Shown piece after piece: positions 1 through 11,550 of a stretch of 26,955 nt of DNA. Made by a program: the position numbers and the translations under genes. Source of the stretch: Octopus sinensis. Taxonomy: Eukaryota. The stretch lies in the NCBI RefSeq assembly GCF_006345805.1, contig NW_021834714.1, positions 1 through 26,955 of the forward strand. The letters are read 5' to 3'. Each line of letters opens with the position of its first letter. Position 1 is the stretch's first letter. The notes under the pieces were generated by a model. The model was given only the letters and a program-made list of their open reading frames with translations, searched no databases and was not told the DNA's origin.

Positions 1-330
1 TGTGTGTATGTGTGTGTGTGTTAAATATAAATATATATATATATATATACAATATAGATATATATAATATATATATATAATATATTTATATTTACAGATA
101 TATAGATAGATATAGATATACATGTGTATAGTAGATTAGTTGAGTTAGAGGTTATAACAAAAGTATCCAAAATACTACTGGTACATTGCTATTAATACAC
201 ACACACACACCACGCAGACATATATATAAATATATATACATATGTGTGTATATAAATATATAACTATATGTATGTATATATATATATACACATGCATATA
301 TATAAATATATATATATATATATACACACA
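1..330. repeat. Compound (TG)n/(TA)n/(CA)n microsatellite
   Basis: Directly visible dinucleotide runs; they explain the YIYI-type ORFs in the track. Confidence 0.95.
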
Positions 331-488
331 CACATCACTATCACCATCATCATCATCTTCGTCGTCATTGTCACCGTCATCATCCACTTGTATCGGCAAC
401 TTTTATAGCAGCAAAAAGTATTTTTGTCTTATATTATTGCTGTCATTTCCTTTGTGTATTGCTTTTTCGATTTTTAACATCACTCAAG

Positions 489-573
489 GGAATTGTCTTT
501 TTCTACAAACTTCATGGACAACCTCGGTAAATCTAAGATTCGCAGCTCACAGTATTTACAGATATGTGAGAGT
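489..573 (+). other. Candidate internal exon (unidentified host gene)
   Basis: Pyrimidine-rich tract ending ctcaAG (487-488) and a consensus donor GTAAGT at 574. Two frames are open (ELSFSTNFMDNLGKSKIRSSQYLQICES or NCLFLQTSWTTSVNLRFAAHSIYRYVR). No homology recognised. Confidence 0.25.
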
Positions 574-805
574 GTAAGTATGTATGCATGCATGAAAATA
601 TGTACATACATCGACACAGCAAGAATAAAATAAAGGAGCAAAAATGTAAAACACAAACAGCAGATATCTTGTGCCAGAAAATAGTTATCGGGAAGTAATT
701 CGTTTTTGGCACACTTGTTATCTTACACAGTTTTGGAAGAAAAGAGATCGAACGAAAAGGTTCGCTGGTTGTGTGTGCATGGTTGGGTATCTGTGTGTCT
801 CTCTG

Positions 806-814
806 TATGTATTC

Positions 815-883
<69 letters not shown>

Positions 884-981
884 TATTTATACATGCATGT
901 ATATGCATAGCTACTATACAATGTATGTGTGGGTGTGTAGGCACAAGAGTGGCTGTGTGCTAAGAATTTTGCATCCCATCC

Positions 982-1012
<31 letters not shown>

Positions 1013-1142
1013 ATATATATATATATATATAATATAGATATTTATATTGTATATATATATTTTCTATTATATATATTGTCTTTTATAAGTTATCTAAGTT
1101 ATATATATATATGTTATATATGTGTGTGTATGTATGTATGTA

Positions 1143-1185
<43 letters not shown>

Positions 1186-1196
1186 GTGTGTGTGTA

Positions 1197-1270
<74 letters not shown>

Positions 1271-1310
1271 GTAGTATATATATGTGTGTGTGTATATATA
1301 TATGTATATA

Positions 1311-1341
<31 letters not shown>
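806..1341. repeat. Long (TA)n-dominated compound microsatellite
   Basis: Direct inspection. Confidence 0.95.
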
Positions 1342-1345
<4 letters not shown>

Positions 1346-1371
1346 TTTCTTTTACCTTTAATTTAATACTA

Positions 1372-1709
1372 GTTTCAGTCATTAGACAGCGGCCAAGCTG
1401 GGGCACCGCCTTGAAGAATTTTTAGACGAAGGTATTGATCCCAGTACTTATCATTTAAGAATCTGGTACTTATTCTATCGGTTATTTTTGCTGAACTGCT
1501 TATTTACGGGAACCGATCGTCAAGCGATGAGTGGGGTACGGTAAAACCATATACAGAAAGACATACACATATACTTATACATATGGACGCCAAGTTTCTT
1601 TCAGTTTCTGTCTACTAAATCTACTAACAATGCTTTGATCGAAGCTATAGTAGAAGACTAAACCCGGATCCATGTGGTTGGGAAGCAAGCTTCTCACCAC
1701 GCAGCCACG
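1372..1709 (-). mobile_element. tRNA-derived SINE family A (CORE-SINE/OR2-like), degraded copy with deletions
   Basis: Reverse complement matches the copy at 2979-3412: head cgtggctgcgtggtgagaagcttgcttcccaaccacatgg, ggaaactgaaagaa block, and 3' gcggtgccccagcttggcc. Confidence 0.8.
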
Positions 1710-1802
1710 TGTACAGACAGTAAGTAAAGTTAACACCAATGAGATTAGAAGTATCTCTTTGTTTGACGTACCAGACAGAAGACGCCAACATTTATATATA
1801 TA

Positions 1803-1838
<36 letters not shown>

Positions 1839-2030
1839 CGGGGCTTATTGTATATCGTAAAGTGAGACGCTAACACTACTCATGACTTAAGTGTTTTCAC
1901 ATTTCGGCTTGCGGAAACAAGACGTTACGATGGATACAAAAGTTTGAACAGGAAAAAACATTCGTTCAATTTCATTTAAAGGATATGAAACATTTCACAG
2001 CTGCATGTTTGTCACTGATTATATGTCGTG

Positions 2031-2260
2031 AATAATAATAACAATGGTTTCAAAATTTGTCACAAAGATAGCAATTGTGGGGAAAGGGATGAGTCGATTA
2101 CATCGACCTCAGTGTTCAAGTGGTACTTATTTTATCGACCCTGAAAGGATGAAAGACAAAGTCGACCTCGGCGGAATTTGAACTCAGAACGTAGCGGCGG
2201 ACGAAATACCAGAAAGCATTTCGCCCGGCGTGTTAACGTATCTGCCAGCTCGCCGCCTTA
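2031..2260 (-). mobile_element. tRNA-derived SINE family B (Meta-domain-like central block), full length
   Basis: The minus strand reads taaggcggcgagctggcag (A-box region), gagttcaaattcc (B box), aggtcgactttgtctttcatcctttcagggtcgataaaataagtacc, and ends gaaaccattgttattatt. It matches the copies at 4670, 4933, 13818 and 15199. Confidence 0.85.
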
Positions 2261-2262
<2 letters not shown>

Positions 2263-2308
<46 letters not shown>

Positions 2309-2389
2309 TAATAATAATATAATAATAATAATAATAATGATGATGATAATAATGATAATAATAATAATAATAATAATAATAATATAATA

Positions 2390-2434
<45 letters not shown>

Positions 2435-2442
2435 TAATAATG
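2263..2442. repeat. (AAT)n microsatellite
   Basis: Direct inspection. Confidence 0.95.
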
Positions 2443-2774
2443 TTTGACTGTCAATCCATTACAAGTGAAACATTGCTTGATATTAGCCACTGTGTCAAAA
2501 GTACATTAGTTATCATATGAAAAGTATTTAGTATAGAAAGTAAGCAAAGAAGGAAGAAGATGACACCAATGCGATAAGTTCCTCTTTGCCTCGTGTAAAA
2601 GAAAAGACAGAACACAACAGCATATATTCCACTTAATTGGGTACATGTTTGTTGCAGAAGGTGAACAACGTCTCCAAAGTTTCGGCTTACTCGCTTCGTC
2701 AGAATGCATATGTGTGTTTCTATATATATGTGTGTGGGTGTGTGTGTATAATTATCTATGCATCTGTGTGTATA

Positions 2775-2830
<56 letters not shown>

Positions 2831-2915
2831 CAGAAACCCATACGCACACACAAACATTATGTATACTCTTGAACATATTCACTCATATATTTGTATTTAT
2901 CTAACAACACGCAAA

Positions 2916-2975
<60 letters not shown>

Positions 2976-2978
2976 TGC

Positions 2979-3179
2979 GCAGGAATGGCTGTGTGGTAAG
3001 TAACTTGCTTGCCAATCACACGGCTCCGGGTTCAGTCCCACTGCGTGGCACTTTAGGCAAGTGTCCTCTACTATAGCCTCGAGACGACCAAAGCCTTGTG
3101 AGTAGATTTGGTAGACGGAAACTGAAAGAAACTCGTCGTATAAATATGTGTCGTATATATATGTCGTATATATATGTCG

Positions 3180-3210
<31 letters not shown>

Positions 3211-3412
3211 TTGTCCCTCCACCATCGCTTGACAACCGATGTTGGTGTGTTCCCGTCCCCGTAACTTAGCGATTCTTGCAAAAGAGACCGATAGAATAAG
3301 CACTAGGCTTACAAAGACTAAGTCCTGGGGTCAGTTTGTTCGACTAAAGGCGGTGCTCCAGCAAGGCCACAATCACATGAGGGAAGCAAATAAAATAATA
3401 AAAGGATAAAAG
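2979..3412 (+). mobile_element. tRNA-derived SINE family A, full length
   Basis: A box TGGCTGTGTGG (2986-2996), B box GGTTCAGTCC (3029-3038), MIR/CORE-like 'ctttaggcaagtgtc' block, internal TA/TG microsatellite and A-rich tail. Homologous to 1372-1709, 17632-18042 and 26489-26632. Confidence 0.85.
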
Positions 3413-3597
3413 AAAAAAAAATATATATATATATACACACACACATATATATACATGTATGTGTGTGTGCGTGCGGATATGTTTGTGCCTCTATATATAC
3501 GTACACAGTTATAGACACTCATACACATATGCGCATATATATATATATATATTATATATGTGTGTGTGTGTGTATACACACACATACACACACATAA

Positions 3598-3686
<89 letters not shown>

Positions 3687-3858
3687 CATATATAGATATA
3701 GTTACATAATGTTTTTAATATATTTATTCATATGTGACTATATTTTTCACAGAAACACAAGAACACATTTATTAGCGCATGTATGTGCGTCCATGCTTGC
3801 GTGCGTGGTGCGTGTGTGTGTGCATGCCATGTGCGTACGTGTGTGATTGTGTTTGCAG

Positions 3859-3968
3859 GAATCTCTTTTCCCGAAGCTACGTCAGTCAGATAGGCTATAT
3901 GCCAAACGATAACGCCTACTGTGCGGTACAGCCAAATATAGATTACGCGCGGCGACTCTCAGTAATCT
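3859..3968 (+). other. Candidate internal exon (unidentified)
   Basis: Acceptor ttgtgtttgcAG|G and donor T|GTAAGA. One open frame: NLFSRSYVSQIGYMPNDNAYCAVQPNIDYARRLSVI. Confidence 0.2.
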
Positions 3969-4161
3969 GTAAGACCATGTACATTCTAACACCAGCAATG
4001 ACATATACCTCCAGCCTCCTATTTCTATGATATACAAACCGTGATATCCGTAGGTCTGTCTCGGCAAATCTTAGGTAGAAAATTTCGATCAGTGAGATAA
4101 ATTATGTTGTTGTGTAAAAAGGATCACATTCCGAATAGAATCTTTGTTCAGTGGTAAAATA

Positions 4162-4369
4162 TACGAAGGGTTGCTGAAAAGTTCCAAGCTTTGGGACAAA
4201 GAAAACACGGCAGGATCAGTTAATTATGATTTTATTCAAAATAGTCCCCTCTCAGATTCATACACTTATTGCAACGGTCCGTCGCATTTTCTAAGCCCTG
4301 TAAGAGAACTCGGAAGGCTGGGTCTCCAACCAGGCCTTAAAGTTAGGAATTTTTCAGAACCCCTTCATA
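4162..4369. mobile_element. Non-autonomous Tc1/mariner-type MITE with TA target-site duplication
   Basis: TA|cgaagggttgctgaaaagttccaagcttt ... aaagttaggaatttttcagaaccccttca|TA forms imperfect terminal inverted repeats of about 30 bp. Second copy at 17060-17281. Confidence 0.8.
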
Positions 4370-4600
4370 CAAATTGCAAAATCTCCAAGCGGGACAACAT
4401 TATTAAAAGTGAGATATATAAGAAGTTTTAGCGGGAAGCTATGAGGCGATAACAGGGGTTAGAAAGGAGGAAAACAAGTGAAGTTAGGGGGAAATCGATA
4501 AGAATGTTGGTTAATTTGATATTAAGGAAATGATACTGGGCGTGGTAGGAAGAGGTTAAGACGATGTTAGTTAAAAGCCTGAAAATTTTGGCTTTTGACA

Positions 4601-4604
4601 ATTA

Positions 4605-4665
<61 letters not shown>
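4601..4665. repeat. (TTA)n microsatellite
   Basis: Direct inspection. Confidence 0.95.
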
Positions 4666-4669
4666 CAAA

Positions 4670-4932
4670 CTGGCAGAATGGTTAGCGAGCTGGCAGAATG
4701 GTTAGCGAGCTGGCAGAATGGTTAGCAGACTGGAGAAAATGTTTTGCGGCATTTCGTCCGCCTTTACGTTCTGAGTTCGAATTCCACCGAGGTCGACTTT
4801 GCCTTTCATCCTTTCGGGGTCGATAAATTAGGCACCAGTTGAACACTTGGGTCAATGTAATCGACACATTGCCTTCCTCATAATGGCTGCCTTTGTGGCA
4901 ACATTTGAAACCATTATTGTTATGATTATTAT
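4670..4932 (+). mobile_element. SINE family B copy with triplicated A-box segment
   Basis: ctggcagaatggttagc(gag) x3, B box gagttcgaattcc, central gcctttcatcctttcggggtcgataaa, tail gaaaccattattgttatgattatt. Confidence 0.85.
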
Positions 4933-5155
4933 GAGGGCAGTGTGCTGGCAGAATCGTTAGCACGTCGGATAATAATGTTTAGCGGTATTTCGTCCGTCTT
5001 TACGGTCTGAGTTCAAATTCCGCCGCGGTCGTGTTAGCTTTTCATCCTCCTGAGGTCGATGAAATAAGTACCAGTTACGTACTGGTGTCGATATAATCGA
5101 CTAGCCCCCTCCCCAAAAATTTCAGGCCTTGTGCCTTTAGTAGAAAGGATAATTT
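4933..5155 (+). mobile_element. SINE family B copy, head-to-tail with the previous copy
   Basis: gctggcagaatcgttagc ... gagttcaaattcc ... gtgcctttagtagaaagga; the 3' end variant is shared with 13818-14030. Confidence 0.85.
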
Positions 5156-5184
5156 TTAGGTTTTCTTTGTTAACCTCTAAGGAT

Positions 5185-5376
5185 TCACAAAATGGTCGAG
5201 AAGAGCCCAGGAGCATTCAGGATGGGGTTACAATGCCTTGTCCACTCTTCAACAAATTTGATGGGAGATAACACCTGCTTCTCCGCTTCCTTGAAACAGG
5301 AAATGACGGCTTGACCAAAAGGGGGAATTTCCACCACCATATATCCTCTTCCGCCAAAACAAACACCCCTGACAGT
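5185..5376 (-). other. Candidate terminal coding exon (63 codons plus stop, unidentified)
   Basis: Non-repetitive island not in the ORF track. After a possible tttAG acceptor it reads TVRGVCFGGRGYMVVEIPPFGQAVISCFKEAEKQVLSPIKFVEEWTRHCNPILNAPGLFSTIL*. Confidence 0.2.
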
Positions 5377-5497
5377 CTAAACAATACGTCCTTTGTTTTC
5401 AGAACCGAACTTTCGTCGCAAGGCATGAATCCGAACGCACATACACACAAATACACAGACAGATACAAATGCATACACACACATCTACGTGTATATG

Positions 5498-5551
<54 letters not shown>

Positions 5552-5638
5552 TTATATATATATATATAATACGCAAAATTGTCATTTGTTATTTCCCAAA
5601 GCTCACGTTTTCGCCCTCTCTTTCTCTCTCTATTTCAC

Positions 5639-5669
<31 letters not shown>

Positions 5670-5702
5670 TTGAGTGTGAGCGTGTGTGTATGTATGTATA
5701 TG

Positions 5703-5736
<34 letters not shown>

Positions 5737-6821
5737 TGTATAGAGTGCATGTGTGTGATGTGTACGTATATATATATATATACGTGTGTGTGTGTGTGTT
5801 TGTCATATATATAAATATATACACACATTTTAGAATCCTATACTGACTTCAAAACGACAACAACAACAACAACAACAACAGCCACGATGACAACGCCATC
5901 TGTATGGACATCAACCCCTGCAATACAATTTTCTCCTTTATTAAACTAAATCTATTCTCGTAATGTTATTGACAATTTGTCTGTGTAAACTTATTATATC
6001 TCTTCGTCTTTTGTCGTTTCGCGTCAATGTCTCAATGTGGAGTGTTGCGACTGTTCAACTCGACAGGGAATCAATGGACCAACTAAGGCGTTATTGGTTC
6101 ATACCTTGTTGTTGACATTAGAATATTTCGTTCGTCTTCCTTTTCCTCTCCACAATCTAGACCAAGAACTGACTGTATTTCAAGTTATGTTGTTTTTTAT
6201 TTATCTTTTTTTTTGGTGGGGGGAGGGGTATTGTGAGTCTATTTTTCTTCTTGTTTTTTGTTTTTTAGATGTCTGTGGCTTGTTAGGCTAGGAACATATA
6301 ATTGAGTTTAAAGCAGATAATGTTCATGACATGAGTAAATTTTCCTGGGATGCCTTCTGCACGAAGAAGATACAGTCAAGTAGGTGCTAAAATCACGTAA
6401 CCACATCATCGACCAGACTATCGGATGGTGTTATACATCATTGGTCACAATGCGCTTTGCATTGTTTTTGTATTCGAATGATGCCACTCTGCTGGCCAGA
6501 AGAGCAGACCAACATACTCCCACCCCTTGATCGGAAGGCTTGTCCGTGGAAGGGTTACACATTTGAAGCTGAGTAGACAGTTCGAGCTGCACGTTGTGAT
6601 CTTGTACAAAACAAAACATGGAAACATTGCCACAGTTCACTCAGCAGACACTAGTATACGGAGTGAAATTAGTACTACAAACGTGTTTGCTCAATTATAA
6701 TTATACTTGTAACGAAGTGACAAGTTGATGACAATTCCTACGAAGACATGCATGGAAGACTCTTTCGGAATTCGAATTTATCCACACTGAAATACTACCA
6801 TTCAATATTTAATTTAGTTAA

Positions 6822-6975
6822 AAGGCGGCGAACTGGTCCGTCTCTATACTCTGAGTTCAAATCCCGCTGAGGTTAAACGTTACTTTTCATCCTTTTGGGG
6901 TCGATAAATAGTGCCAGTAGAGCACTGGGGTCGATGCGATTGACTCCCTCCCCTAAAACGTTTTGGCCTTGTAAA
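6822..6975 (+). mobile_element. SINE family B, internally deleted copy
   Basis: aaggcggcgaactgg joins directly to ...ctgagttcaaatcc, followed by the central tcatccttttggggtcgataaa block. Confidence 0.75.
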
Positions 6976-7023
6976 CAACACAAATTATAAAATCTAAACC
7001 TGAGATCATGAAAAGAGGAATGC

Positions 7024-7044
7024 CTATCTATCTATCTATCTATA

Positions 7045-7108
<64 letters not shown>

Positions 7109-7142
7109 AATCTATCTGTCTGTCTATCTATCTATCTATCTA

Positions 7143-7185
<43 letters not shown>

Positions 7186-7206
7186 GTCTGTCTATCTATC
7201 TATCTA
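7024..7206. repeat. (CTAT)n array with CTGT variants, left flank of the Tx1-like LINE
   Basis: Direct inspection. Confidence 0.95.
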
Positions 7207-8119
7207 GTGCAAATCCGCCGCAAAATTACAACAACAACAACAGCCACAGGAAAAATCACAAAAGCCAGGATTATTGCCCACACCACAATATGGACAGCTA
7301 GTCAAGAAGCTGTATGCGGAAATGCAGGAAAAAAACAAAGAACAAGCCAACCCAACCAAACAACACCAACACCAGCGCCAAGAACAGAATCATCACCACC
7401 AACAACAAATAAACCAATTCCAACACCAAGAACGACAGCAAAACCCAAAGGAACAGAAAAACAAAGAAAACACACACAAACTGATCCCCCATCCCTTATA
7501 CCGCACTCAACACACACAAACACTCAACAACCAACAACAACGAAAACAACAACACAACCACTTACACAGACATACATAGAAGCCCACAACATACCCCTAC
7601 CCCCTTCTGATTCCTCAGAAATTTCGTCGGAAGACGAAACCAGTGAGGAATGGCAAATAGCTACAAAAAGAAGGAAAATAAAGAGCAGAAACACAACCAA
7701 ACCAAATGCAAACACGAACAAAGCAGGGGGAAACATCTCCCGAAGACATTTCAAAACCCAACGCAAACAACAGCCACACCAACACCACAAAAACATATAC
7801 AGCAAACATGCTCACAGCCATAGACACCAAAAACACAAATTTGATGGAATACATCCAATCAAAAACAAACATAACAGAAGAGGACATAAAAACAAACAAT
7901 CACCCATACACAACACCACCAGACCACATCAAAATATTACACATCTCCAAAAGTCTGCACCACACACTCAAGGCATTTTCCCCAGTGCGGTTGGTAAATG
8001 CCAAAAATATCTCACAAAGAAACTGTACTGGGATCTTCTCGAGGACAAACCAACGGAGGAGAAGCAAAAACTTTCGAGCAGTAAGTAACCCTCTGTATTC
8101 TAATTCATTAGAACTATGA
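7207..8119 (+). pseudogene. ORF1 C-terminal remnant (low-complexity Q/T/N/K-rich), about 2 frameshifts
   Basis: Overlapping track ORFs 7274-7579, 7207-8088 and 7706-8119 chain into one reading path that ends in TGA at 8117-8119, directly at the ORF2 start. No RRM or zinc knuckle recognised. Confidence 0.65.
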
Positions 8120-11100
8120 TCAAGATTGGTTGTGTAAATGCGCGTGGCTGGGGTCCCCTTGGAAACAAGGGTACCTCTTAAATGACATAAAGTCACATAA
8201 GTTAGAAATCATAGCCATAAGCGAGACCAGACTCCACAATCCGCGGGCCCTAAAGACCATGTTTGGCGGACAGTTCAACATTTATTTTTCCCCCTGTCTG
8301 CCGAGAATGGGCGGTAGTGGCACCGCGGTACTTTTTCACAAGAGTCTGGATCTCAAAGTAAGGACAATATTCGTAGACCCGGAGGGTAGACTGGTCGTCC
8401 TGGATGTCGACGGCAGCAATGGGTGCGCTTTTCGACTCGTATCAGTTTACGCACCGCCCTTAACAGGTCGGGCGGATTTCTTTCAACGTCTAGAAGTTTT
8501 CTTGGGAACGTCTCGTCCTTTACTCTTAGTGGGGGATTGGAATGCTACTTTGGACACGCATGTAGACTACGTGGGTAGAGATAGGAATAGACGGGGATGC
8601 AAATGCCTCAGAGACCTGCTCAGACGCTTTCAACTGTCTGACAGGTTCCGACTAGACCACCCGAATGCGCCAACGTGGACATGGAGCAACCGCATCGGGT
8701 CGTCGAGATCGTATCTAGATAGGATACTGTGTAGGACAGTAGATAGAGATAGCATAGGATGTCCACATTTCCACATAGTCAGCTACACGGATCACAAACT
8801 TGTGACATGTACGCTAGACTTAGGTAAGACACTTAGGCAGGGTCCCGGATACTGGAAACTAAACGCGTCTTCCCATCGAGACAGGTTTTCAGAGACCGGA
8901 TTAGCACACTAGTAAAGAGGGCTTTGACGGGAGCCATCATCAACAACAAATGGTGGTTTGCCCTCAAGAGAGCAGTAAAAGCAGAAGCGATTAGGTACAG
9001 CAAAGCACTAGCCATAGATAGAAATAGAGTAGAGGGTGAGCTAGTTAAGAAGCTAGAAGAGGCAATTAGAAGCGGCATCGCATCCGACGTTTTGGCGGCG
9101 AGGTTGGCCCTCGACCAACACTTCAACGCCAAACACGAAGGATGTGCTGTCAGAGCTAGGATGCGTGCTCTAAGGAACGAAGGTGTTGGAGCCGCGAGAG
9201 AGGCCCGGGTGGCAGAGGCGCCAACAGGGCAACAAAGCCACCATTCGGTCACTGGTAGATGAACAGGGGCGCGAATTGCTCGAGCCAAATAAAATGTGTG
9301 AGGCCTTTCAGCAACATTTTGCCCGACTGTTCGGAACGAGTGGAGGGCAAGAACGTAGGGTGGACTTCAGTGCCTACCTACATAGCCTACCACGACTCTC
9401 GACAAGAAAGGCAGGGTGCTGCGAAGGTGCCATCACGGCGGCGGAAGTGCGGGAAGCGATGGCAGAATGCTCGAGGGACAAATCACCGGGTTTGGATGGT
9501 CTACCCTACGAGCTTTACAATTGTATGCCAGACTTGTTTGGAGATCTCTTGGCGGCGGTGTACTGCAACTGGCAGCAAAACGGGAGCATTCCTGGTTTTG
9601 TGAGCCGAGGAGCCGTAACACTGCTGAAGAAAGATCTAAACAAGGGAAATGTAATAGATAACTTTAGGCCCATCACTCTGCTTAATGCAGACTTGAAAAT
9701 CTTGGCCAGGTGTTAGCCAAGAGGTTGGCGCTTGTCATCGAGAAACTGGTCGACAAGGCGCAAACATGCGCCGTGCCAGGCCGGACCATCCATGACAACC
9801 TCCATCTGATGCGCTACATCATAGACAGGGTAGTTAACGAACCTGGCATGGGTGGGGCCCTGATCAACTTGGATCAATCGAAAGCCTTTGATAGGGTAGA
9901 CCATCGATACTTGGAGGCAGTCCTGAGAGCGGCTGGTTTCGGTCCCGTCTTCCGCGGCTGGATAGCTGCCTTGTACAGAGGCATCCGTTCGGTAGTTCGC
10001 GTAAATGGACATCTATCGAGACCTTTCGACATTGCACGTTCGGTCCGTCAGGGATGCCCCCTCTCGGCGCTTCTATACGTATTGACTCTTGAGCCACTAC
10101 TGCGGAAGCTGGCGACTCTAAGGGGCATCCCGCGAGAATTGGGATGCGGGACGAGCGTGTCTGCATACGCGGACGACGTCACCGTCATAGTGTCAAGCCA
10201 CGAGCACATCGAGCTGGTCGGTGAGACACTGAAAAACTACGAAGCGGTGACAGGAGCGAAAATCAACCGGGAAAAGTCAGTGGGCTTGCGACTAGGCACC
10301 TGGAGAAGCAAGCCCATGCCGTCCACCAGCGCCTCCGTCGTGGGACGCTGGACCGACGGCCCGGTTGAGTTGCTCGGGGTCTGGTTTGGTCCGGACCTCC
10401 AAGTGGAGAAGAACTGGAACGAGATAACGAGTAGGGTGGTCACTCTCGCCCGGCAATGGGCCGAGAGGAAACTGTCCCTAAAAGGTCGAGCGGAGGTGGC
10501 GAACACGTACATCGCGTCCGTCATCTACTACCGCCTGACCGTCGTACCTTGTCCCGACCCTACCATCACCAAACTACAACGCATCCTCTTTCGCTTCTTG
10601 TGGAAAGGATGCGTCCCGATGGTCAGGCGATCCATTTGCTGTCAACACCCGTTAAAAGGAGGGCTGGGCATGCCGTGGTTGATGATGCGCAGACACGCGC
10701 TGAGACTGCGACATCTCTGGCTCTATGTAGACGACGGTGAACAGGTGTGGTCGCCGTTTGTGAGGCACGCTTTCCCGCAGCTCGTCTCCATGACCGAACT
10801 GCAGTCGTGGATCAAAAAGAGGCCGAGGAAGGGCGAATGGCACCGCGAGTGTCGCGTTGCTCTCAAGCAACTCTGCCGTCCTGGGTCGACCTTAAGTGAC
10901 TTCAACACAACCAAAGCATTCTATAGGGGTTAGTGGAGGGGAGGTACGACGACGAGCTCGGGGCGAACCTGGACGTCGACGAGGAGTACCTGACCCGCCT
11001 GTTCGGGACGACTTTCGGGCCAGGGCCCATGGACAACTTCCAGAGATCCCTGGCCTGGCAGTGCTACCGAGAAGCGCTACCCGTTCGGGATAAGCTCTAC

Positions 11101-11550
11101 AGACACGGCTCGAGAAACACGGGGCCGACCTGCCCGAGATGCGGTCAGAGCGACGAAACCGTTCTGCACGCACTCGTTCAGTGTCCAACAATTTCCGACC
11201 TGTGGGCTTATGTCGAACAACTGCTGTCACGTGTGGGACGAGTCGGTTTATCAGCTGAGTCTATCGTCAATATTGTCACGCCTCCTTCCTTCAAACGGGA
11301 AGGAAGAGCTATTTTCATCATCCTTGTGGCTATGGCGAAAGAATGTATCTGGTGGACGCGTCTGAAAGGATTGGAGACAAACACTTTCCTCTCTGGTCAA
11401 TCTCTCATCAACTTCTTCAAGTACCACTTGAAAAGGAAAGTGAGAGTAGAGAGGCAAGTTTTGTCTAGCGAATGTTTTAAAAAAAGATGGGTGAATGTAG
11501 CAAGAATGGCACGTATGAATGACGAAGCCACCTTGAGCATAGTCCTATGA
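8116..11550 (+). pseudogene. ORF2: APE endonuclease + reverse transcriptase + C-terminal CCHC, 5 frameshifts as assembled
   Basis: Endonuclease motifs VNARG, ISETR, VYAP, GDWN, DRIL, TDH. RT motifs KSPGLDG, RPITLLNAD, KAFDRV, RQGCPLS, YADD. Knuckle CPRC..ETVLHALVQC. Frame changes near 8148, 8873, 9221, 9708 and 10930. Confidence 0.92.

Noticed and set aside
175-3846. Many YIYI/CVCV/HTHT-rich ORFs in the track (also 5469-5846, 21015-21644 and 25780-26593)
   Set aside because: They are translations of (TA)n, (TG)n and (CA)n microsatellites and are not evidence of coding.
4670-4726. CRISPR-like direct repeats
   Set aside because: The units are contiguous with no spacers, in a eukaryotic SINE context.
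7008-7301. LSIY-repeat ORFs here and at 11922-12407 and 17323-17712
   Set aside because: They are translations of (CTAT)n arrays.
8833-11457. Several antisense and alternate-frame ORFs over ORF2
   Set aside because: They are expected shadows of GC-rich coding sequence and have no motifs or independent signals.
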